NCBI GenBank assembly: GCA_016839765.1
Contig: JAEOTP010000043.1
Span: 119,655-183,654 of the forward strand
Source: Promethearchaeota archaeon
GTDB lineage: Archaea > Asgardarchaeota > Lokiarchaeia > Sigyniarchaeales > SOKP01
Length of the DNA stretch: 64,000 nucleotides
Direction of reading: 5' to 3'
Shown here: positions 57,614 through 64,000 of the stretch, in pieces
Position numbering within the stretch: the first letter of the stretch is position 1
Layout: each line of letters starts with the position of its first letter
Program-made: the position numbers and the translations under genes
Notes under the pieces: model-generated
What the model saw: the letters and a program-made list of their open reading frames with translations, nothing else
Database searches by the model: none
What the model was told of the DNA's origin: nothing

Positions 57614-57976
57614 GTGAGTGAAATGGCTTCATATGGGTATTGTCCTAATTGCAAAAAAAATGTAACTACTAAACGAGAACAATTTAGATATTTATTAGCT
57701 TTTCTTTTAGCATTTACGGGTATTGGTCTGATTATTTATATTTTATATTATATTGACCGAAAACCTAATCATTGTATTCTTTGTAATACTGTTTGTCAAG
57801 CTCCTAAATCAGAAGTTCAACTAGAACAAAAAGTAGAACAAAAAGAAGGAACTGAGTATCAAGTATTTAAGCAAAACCATGAAGTACAATCAAAATTCTG
57901 TCCTAACTGTGGAGTGGAAGTGGGAGAACGAGGAGAAATAAAGTATTGTGCTTTATGTGGAAGTAGTATTGCATAA
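57614..57976 (+). CDS. LITAF-like zinc-finger membrane protein (paralogue)
   Basis: CPNCKKNVTT...YLLAFLLAFTGIGLIIYILYYIDRKPNHCILC; then CPNC...CALC. Confidence 0.7.
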   Translation: MSEMASYGYCPNCKKNVTTKREQFRYLLAFLLAFTGIGLIIYILYYIDRKPNHCILCNTVCQAPKSEVQLEQKVEQKEGTEYQVFKQNHEVQSKFCPNCGVEVGERGEIKYCALCGSSIA

Positions 57977-57989
57977 AAATCTTTTCTTT

Positions 57990-58889
57990 TTATTTTTTTA
58001 AAATTTTCATGAACTCATAAAAATATTTATAGGATTCTTTAAAGTGATTATCCTCCTTTGAATAATTTAACCCTTTAGTAAAAATATCGAAAAATCCCTT
58101 TTTATCTTTATTTTGTATGATTTTTTTATAATCTTTTAATAAATCTTCAAATTCATCTAATAATTTATAGAATTCTTTATTTTGCATTTGAATATCTCCA
58201 AACATTTCCATTTCTCTTTGAATAATACTTTCTGCGAAAACTTTTTGGAGCAAAAATGTTGTTCCGGTATAATTTGTTAATTCGTTTAGTGGTTCATTCA
58301 ATCTTCTTAAAAGATTTAAAAAAAGAATGTTAAACATATGTGGTACACCTAATGTCATTGCTATTTTTTTATCATGAAATTCGGGTGTGGTTTCATTAAT
58401 AACTAAACCATCAGATTTGAATAAATCTAATAAGTTTTTTACGATTTCATTGTAATTTAGTGTACCACCTACTCTTAAAACAAGCATAACATAATTCCTC
58501 ATGTCTTTTATTCCTGGACCAAACATAGGATGCAGTGAAAGGCAATTTATAGGATATTCGTTTTTAATTCCTTCATATACTTTAATTATATCATGTTTTA
58601 AGGATGTAATATCAAAAATTAATGAATTGGGTTTCAATAGAGGAACAACTTCTTTTATTATATCTACTGTGGATGTAATTGGTACTGTTATCATTATTAT
58701 ATCAGCATCTTTAACACTTTCTTTAAGTGATAAGTTATATTTTACATTTAATTCACTTGCTGTTTGTTCTAGCTTTTCTTCATTACGAGCATAAAGTATT
58801 ATCTTAAAACCATGCTTTTTGAAATATCTAGCAAAAACCCTACCCATACCTCCTGAGCCACCGATTATTGTTAAATTTTTTCCTAACAT
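57990..58889 (-). CDS. tyrA: Prephenate dehydrogenase
   Basis: IIGGSGGMG, DITSLK, HPMFGP, HDKKIA. Confidence 0.9.
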   Translation of the reverse strand: MLGKNLTIIGGSGGMGRVFARYFKKHGFKIILYARNEEKLEQTASELNVKYNLSLKESVKDADIIMITVPITSTVDIIKEVVPLLKPNSLIFDITSLKHDIIKVYEGIKNEYPINCLSLHPMFGPGIKDMRNYVMLVLRVGGTLNYNEIVKNLLDLFKSDGLVINETTPEFHDKKIAMTLGVPHMFNILFLNLLRRLNEPLNELTNYTGTTFLLQKVFAESIIQREMEMFGDIQMQNKEFYKLLDEFEDLLKDYKKIIQNKDKKGFFDIFTKGLNYSKEDNHFKESYKYFYEFMKILKK

Positions 58890-59758
58890 TATTTCATCCC
58901 AAGATATTCAATTATTTTTAATTTCATTAATTCTAAATTAGGCTTTCTATTTGTCCACCATTCAAATGCTAATGCTCCTTGGTTAACTAGCATATCTAAA
59001 CCACTAAGCGTTTGACAACCAATTTCCTTTGAATCCTTAATTAATTGGGTTTCTAAAGGATTATATATTAAATCAAAAACAAATAAATCGCTATGTAATA
59101 TCTTTTTTGAAACAGGTGATATGTCTATTGCTGGAAACATACCTATAGGAGTAGCATTTATTAATATGTCAGCATTACTTATTTCTTCTTTAAGTATATT
59201 TTTACTGTATTTCTTACTTTCAATATTTAAACCCGCTCTGCTTTTTAATTCACTTGCTAATTTTTTAGCTCGAACTTCTGTTCGATTAATTATCGTAATT
59301 TTATTAGTATCAGATACTAAAGAATAAGAAACAGCTTTCGCAGCGCCTCCTGCTCCAATTAGAACAACATTTTTTCCAGTGATTTCACATCCCGCATCTA
59401 TTAGAGCCTTGTTTGCCCCTTCTGCATCTGTATTTCTCCCCATTAAGAAACCACCTTCATTTTTTATTGTATTTATAGCTCCGATTTTTTGAGCAATTTC
59501 ATCAACTTTATCAATAAAATTTATTGCGTTTTCTTTATGTGGAAGAGTAATATTTATTCCTTTAATGTTAAGAGTCTTTAATCCTTTTAAAGCTTCTTTA
59601 AGTTTATTAGGTGGAACATCAAAAGCTATGTATAAATAATCCAGACCAAGATCCTGGATAGCGGCATTATGCATAATGGGACTCATACTATGCTCAATTG
59701 GGTGCCCAATAACACATAATATTTTAGTATTAGCTGTAATAAAATTTCTTACTGACAT
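58889..59758 (-). CDS. aroE: Shikimate dehydrogenase
   Basis: HSMSPIMHN, NITLPHKE, GAINT, NTD, GAGGAA, DLIYNP. Confidence 0.95.
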   Translation of the reverse strand: MSVRNFITANTKILCVIGHPIEHSMSPIMHNAAIQDLGLDYLYIAFDVPPNKLKEALKGLKTLNIKGINITLPHKENAINFIDKVDEIAQKIGAINTIKNEGGFLMGRNTDAEGANKALIDAGCEITGKNVVLIGAGGAAKAVSYSLVSDTNKITIINRTEVRAKKLASELKSRAGLNIESKKYSKNILKEEISNADILINATPIGMFPAIDISPVSKKILHSDLFVFDLIYNPLETQLIKDSKEIGCQTLSGLDMLVNQGALAFEWWTNRKPNLELMKLKIIEYLGMK

Positions 59759-59856
59759 TTACAAATTAATCTATAAATTAATAACTATTAATATGTTTAA
59801 GATTAAAATTAATTTATAATTATTTAGCTAATATCAAGATAAAATAAGAAGGAAAT

Positions 59857-60417
59857 TTGAAAATGAAAAAAGTGACTCTAGATTCTGGAATTACAGTTTT
59901 TCCTATGCCTGCAGCAGTTATTTCTGTAGGAAAAGGAGATGATGCAAATTTAATTACTCTAGCATATGTTGGTAAAGTGTGCTTAGAACCTCCCATTGTT
60001 GTTATCTCAATTCAACCCAAACGTCATTCTTATCACCTAATTGAAAAACACGGTGAATTCGTAATTAATTATCCAACGATTGACCAATTAAAAGAAATTG
60101 ATTATTGTGGCACACGTTCAGGAAGAAATGTGAATAAATGGAAAGAATTAAATTTAACAAAAGAGCATGCCTCTATTGTCCAGGCCCCCATGATAAAAGA
60201 ATTTCCATGGAATATGGAATGTAAGGTGATCAATCGAATTAAATTGGGTTCACACGTATGTTATTTTGGAGAAGTGGTGGCTACACATTCAGATTCTAAA
60301 TATGTTAAAGATAATGAGTTAAATCCTGATGAGTTTGATTTCTGTGCATATGTCTCAGGAAATTATATTGGATTAATGAAGGGAGCTTTAGAAAAGCATG
60401 GTTTTTCTGAAGATTAA
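59857..60417 (+). CDS. Flavin reductase-like FMN-binding protein
   Basis: PMPAAVIS, GEFVINYP, DYCGTRSGR, MECKV, GSH. Confidence 0.88.
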   Translation: MKMKKVTLDSGITVFPMPAAVISVGKGDDANLITLAYVGKVCLEPPIVVISIQPKRHSYHLIEKHGEFVINYPTIDQLKEIDYCGTRSGRNVNKWKELNLTKEHASIVQAPMIKEFPWNMECKVINRIKLGSHVCYFGEVVATHSDSKYVKDNELNPDEFDFCAYVSGNYIGLMKGALEKHGFSED

Positions 60418-60468
60418 TAACACTTAATTTAACTTATTCAAAAGGTATTTTAAATAACTGGATGAATT

Positions 60469-60999
60469 ATGACTAGAGATTCTATCGCCCTTATTGGATT
60501 TATGGCAACTGGTAAGACAATAATCGGTAAAGAATTAGCAAAACAGTTAGGAAACGATTATCAATTTATAGAGACTGATCAAATTATTATTAAAATGGCT
60601 GGTAAATCTATAACTAGAATCTTCAAAGAAGAAGGAGGTCCAATCTTTAGACGCTATGAAATAGATGCTTGTAAAAAAATTTCAAAGTTAAGGAAAGCAG
60701 TTATTTCATGTGGAGGGGGTGTTGTTTTAAATGAAACAAATATCATAAATTTGAAAAAAAATTGTCATATTGTTTTGCTAATAGCAACTGTAGATGAAAT
60801 TTATAGCAGAATAATGAGGAATGGTAAAAAGAAGAGACCATTAGTGGATAAAGAAAATCCTAAGAAAGAAATAGAAATTATTTTACAATATAGAGAACCA
60901 TTCTATAGATCCGCTGCAGATATCACAATTGATACCACAAATAAAGAAATAATTGAGATTGTTCATGAAATTATAACTAAAACCAAGATAAATGAATGA
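60469..60999 (+). CDS. aroK: Shikimate kinase, bacterial (P-loop) type
   Basis: LIGFMATGKT, FRRYE, SCGGG, RPL, REPFY. Confidence 0.9.
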   Translation: MTRDSIALIGFMATGKTIIGKELAKQLGNDYQFIETDQIIIKMAGKSITRIFKEEGGPIFRRYEIDACKKISKLRKAVISCGGGVVLNETNIINLKKNCHIVLLIATVDEIYSRIMRNGKKKRPLVDKENPKKEIEIILQYREPFYRSAADITIDTTNKEIIEIVHEIITKTKINE

Positions 61000-61114
61000 T
61001 ATTTGGTTTATACTTAAAATTTAAAGATAACATAACGAAAATTTATTCAAATAGCCATATTTAAATTCAAAAAATCTTACTAATTTATAAAAAATAAATT
61101 AATCGAAAAAAATC

Positions 61115-61288
61115 ATGACAGAATATAAACGTTTTAGATGTGGAAATTGTGGAGAAGAAAACCCTAGAAAATTACATGAAGAACCAGATAAAACTCAAGT
61201 TCTTTATTATTCCATGCAAGGCGCTCCTGTTTATAAAAAGAGGATCAAATGCGGAAGTTGCGGAAATACCTTTGATAAAAGCCAATAA
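61115..61288 (+). CDS. 57-aa zinc-ribbon protein (not in ORF track)
   Basis: MTEYKRFRCGNCGEENPRKLHEEPDKTQVLYYSMQGAPVYKKRIKCGSCGNTFDKSQ*. Confidence 0.75.
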   Translation: MTEYKRFRCGNCGEENPRKLHEEPDKTQVLYYSMQGAPVYKKRIKCGSCGNTFDKSQ

Positions 61289-61344
61289 AAAGAATTATTA
61301 ATTAATAATTGTTTCTTATTCTTATTTTTTCAATTTTAAGAAAA

Positions 61345-62556
61345 TTATAATGTTAATACTATTTTATTCTGAGCTTTTAACATATCTTTCATAATTAATT
61401 CCATAGCTTCTTTAATATCGGGGATATTATCTGGTATGCTTCTTTTTGCGTTTACACTTGCCATTAATACTTCATTTAATCCACGAAGTATCATATCAGA
61501 AGAATACCATGGTCTCTTCGAGGCCCACCATTGTGAGCAGGAATGTATACCCCGATCTAATAGATTTCGGGCATTATCAAAAATCCTTTTTCTCTCTTCG
61601 TCCATACTTTCTCGATATTTCGTAGATAAATGAATTAAAGTTAAGGCATACATAAAGAAGCGGTGTTGTTCTATATGTATTTCATTTTTAGGATTGAACC
61701 AGAGAGGGAAAGGAACATCATGGGCTATATCATATGGCATTGTTGACCAACTCGAGGCTCTTGGTATTTGTTTTTCCCCTTTTGGGAATTTATCAACTAT
61801 TTCAGAAACAGTACAAAGTTTTATATCCTGTCTATTAGGTAATGTATCAAATAAAGGAATTAAGAAGTTATTGATAGCATGCTTGACATGATGCCCAAAA
61901 GTCTCCCCGTCAAATGCTAACGTGATGTGCATATCTTCATTTATATTTTTATATCTCAAGCGATTAAGGAACACATCCACATTATTAATCTTATCAAACG
62001 CGCAATCAATGGAAATGTAATCATCCCTAAATATAAGTTTTAAACCATTATGGTGTAAAGATATATAATTAGTGGGAAAATCTGGGAGTGTATTAGCGAT
62101 ACCACTCATGATTATCCAGTTAAAACCCATCTTTTTAACAACTGATAAAACTTCTTCAGATACAGCCATCTCAGGCGGAAAAAATCCCTTTGGTTCATAT
62201 AATTTTCCAAAAAATTGATGATTTGTATCATGATTAAGTTTAATTTGACGTTTAATTTCTGGTTCGGGAATTAAGGGGAGTAAGGGGTGAAATTTTGCAG
62301 AACCCGTGAATTCTATTTGCCCTCTGGACGCAAGAAAAGTTATTAATTCGATTAAATCATCATACCCAAAATCATGAAGTTGTTCTGTTAATGTGCCGTT
62401 AATATTTAATGTGATCTTTGCTTGAGGGTGATTATTAAGTGCATCCATTATAGGCTTATATGATTCATTTACAATTTGTTTAATTACGGGAGGAATCTGT
62501 ACTGGTGGTTGATATATATGAAATAAAAATGCGAAATGAACAACCATATAATTCAA
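61345..62556 (-). CDS. Glycoside hydrolase family 57 protein
   Basis: HIYQP, HPLLPLI, FFPPEMA, FDGETFGHH, SSWS. Confidence 0.85.
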   Translation of the reverse strand: MNYMVVHFAFLFHIYQPPVQIPPVIKQIVNESYKPIMDALNNHPQAKITLNINGTLTEQLHDFGYDDLIELITFLASRGQIEFTGSAKFHPLLPLIPEPEIKRQIKLNHDTNHQFFGKLYEPKGFFPPEMAVSEEVLSVVKKMGFNWIIMSGIANTLPDFPTNYISLHHNGLKLIFRDDYISIDCAFDKINNVDVFLNRLRYKNINEDMHITLAFDGETFGHHVKHAINNFLIPLFDTLPNRQDIKLCTVSEIVDKFPKGEKQIPRASSWSTMPYDIAHDVPFPLWFNPKNEIHIEQHRFFMYALTLIHLSTKYRESMDEERKRIFDNARNLLDRGIHSCSQWWASKRPWYSSDMILRGLNEVLMASVNAKRSIPDNIPDIKEAMELIMKDMLKAQNKIVLTL

Positions 62557-62614
62557 TATAGGGTAGGGATATTTTAATTTTCAGTATTTGTTTAATATAA
62601 TAATTTAAAATAAG

Positions 62615-63364
62615 CTAATCATTAAACAATAATTTATACATTTGTTGGAGTGTATCAATTTTTATTTGTCCTGGTGCTGTTGGTTCTTCCAATGCAGCAT
62701 AAGTAAGAAATGAACCTAATTTTATGTTCAATATTCTTGATAATATCCCTAATTCGCCCATGCAAAAAGAAATTACTTTTTTGTTATTTTTTGAAAATTC
62801 TTTACAAAGTTCTAATGGAATTAAATTATCTTCAAAATTTTGAGCTGTAAAAATAAGCTTATATATGCTTTTACCCAAAATGTCAAATTCATTTAATTCA
62901 TTTTTAGTTATTCGTTCTTCAAATCTTAAAATTATTCCTTTCGCCATTATATTTGTAAGAGTCTTTTCAAAATTATGATAGGAAAAGATTAAATTTACTT
63001 TTTTCATATAAGATAAACTTATAATATTGCTAAGAGTTTCTATATCTGAATTCATTTCTATATCAAAAAATTCTGGTTGACTATCCATTAACACTTTTAA
63101 AATTTTTAATCTTTCATGCTCATCAATTTTGATTTGTCCTCCTTCAGAATGGTGTCTGAATGTTAAAATGATATTACTTTTATTTTTAATAAAATTTTTC
63201 AAACTCTCAACAAAATCTGGTGTTATATTCTGAAACGTATCAATAAAATCAAACCTAAGTTCAATAAACTCAGGATTGAATAGCAAGGCTCTATCAACTA
63301 CTACTTTAATTTCTCCTAAGTTGTTAGATTTAATCGGAATTGGTATACAAATATTGTATGTCAT
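62615..63364 (-). CDS. aroD: 3-dehydroquinate dehydratase type I
   Basis: IELRFD, TFR...EGG, SYHNF, MGELGILSR, TAPGQ. Confidence 0.92.
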   Translation of the reverse strand: MTYNICIPIPIKSNNLGEIKVVVDRALLFNPEFIELRFDFIDTFQNITPDFVESLKNFIKNKSNIILTFRHHSEGGQIKIDEHERLKILKVLMDSQPEFFDIEMNSDIETLSNIISLSYMKKVNLIFSYHNFEKTLTNIMAKGIILRFEERITKNELNEFDILGKSIYKLIFTAQNFEDNLIPLELCKEFSKNNKKVISFCMGELGILSRILNIKLGSFLTYAALEEPTAPGQIKIDTLQQMYKLLFND

Positions 63365-63397
63365 TATATTATCTAAAGAAAAATAAGAAAAATAAAT

Positions 63398-64000
63398 TTA
63401 TAGTTCTAGTACTTTTATAATATCTTTTTCCGTTAATTTCTTTTCATAATTAATGTCTTTTACTTTTCCTTTGCTCCTATAATAATCAAGAATAGGATTA
63501 GCGTTTTGTTTATATACATTTAGCCGATTTCTTAAAGTTTCCTCGTTATCATCGCTTCTTTGTTCAAATTTTATCAAGGCCCCGCACTTATCACATATTC
63601 CTTCTTTTTTCGGTTTCATAAAATATTTATTATAGATTTCTCCACAATTTGGGCACGAATATCTTCCTAGTATCCTTTTTATTATAATATCCTCATCAAC
63701 TTCTAACAATATCACATAATCTATCTCAGTTATATTCGATAGGGCTTCTGCTTGATATAAAGTTCGTGGAAATCCGTCTAAGACAAATCCTTCCTTTTTA
63801 ACATCCTTTTTGTTTAATCGATCTTTTACCATTTCAATGACGACATCATCAGGTACCAGTTCTCCTCTATCCATATATTTTTTAGCTCTCAAACCTATGG
63901 GTGTTTCATTTTTCAAGTTTTCACGAAATATATCCCCTGTACTAACATGAATTATCTCTGGTAAAGCTTGCTTGATTTGTCCTGAAAATGTGCCTTTTCC
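63398..64000 (-). CDS. adk: Adenylate kinase (5' end off window)
   Basis: Upstream in-frame GKGTFS...HVSTGDIFR; GELVPD, LDGFPR, Zn lid CPNC/CDKC, QRSDD. Confidence 0.93.
   Translation of the reverse strand, partial: GKGTFSGQIKQALPEIIHVSTGDIFRENLKNETPIGLRAKKYMDRGELVPDDVVIEMVKDRLNKKDVKKEGFVLDGFPRTLYQAEALSNITEIDYVILLEVDEDIIIKRILGRYSCPNCGEIYNKYFMKPKKEGICDKCGALIKFEQRSDDNEETLRNRLNVYKQNANPILDYYRSKGKVKDINYEKKLTEKDIIKVLEL

Noticed and set aside
1545-61891. Many 60-136 aa track ORFs overlapping larger genes (e.g. 3090, 5476, 8115, 10815, 18116, 45114, 48292, 54688)
   Set aside because: Antisense or alternate-frame shadows of well-supported genes
1-64000. tRNA/rRNA genes, prophage or integrase
   Set aside because: No GC-rich structured intergenic segment and no recombinase or capsid motif seen by eye; a covariance-model scan was not possible

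Overview
A very AT-rich, gene-dense archaeal window, most likely from an Asgard archaeon of the Lokiarchaeia. That assignment is inferred from the ether-lipid operon, F420/methanopterin genes, archaeal uS2 and eukaryote-like ubiquitin-system proteins; no search was run. The main feature is a ~8 kb locus (about 5.0-12.8 kb) encoding an unusual ubiquitin-like conjugation system. It has two soluble Ubls with acidic, Lys-Thr-Pro-containing N-terminal tails and a mature single-Gly end (-PASTAG), and a membrane-anchored Ubl paralogue without the terminal Gly. It also has a Uba2/Uba3-like E1, a very basic Ubc9-like E2, a CSN5/Rpn11-like JAB protease and a ~6-TM protein with a C-terminal RING-variant finger. 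A wHTH regulator flanked by a perfect 25-bp inverted repeat and a coiled-coil protein sharing the Ubl-tail KTP motif complete the locus. The rest of the window holds ftsZ (partial), a methanopterin/F420 cluster, a PadR membrane module, two orphan m6A methyltransferases, the ether-lipid operon, sugar/cyclitol catabolic genes, rps2, tmk, two LITAF-like zinc-finger membrane proteins, shikimate genes and adk (partial). Features missing from the ORF track were recovered by hand: ftsZ, two small ORFs, a receiver-domain remnant and two N-terminal extensions. No tRNA, rRNA, CRISPR array or transposase was recognised. All product calls are motif recognition by eye.
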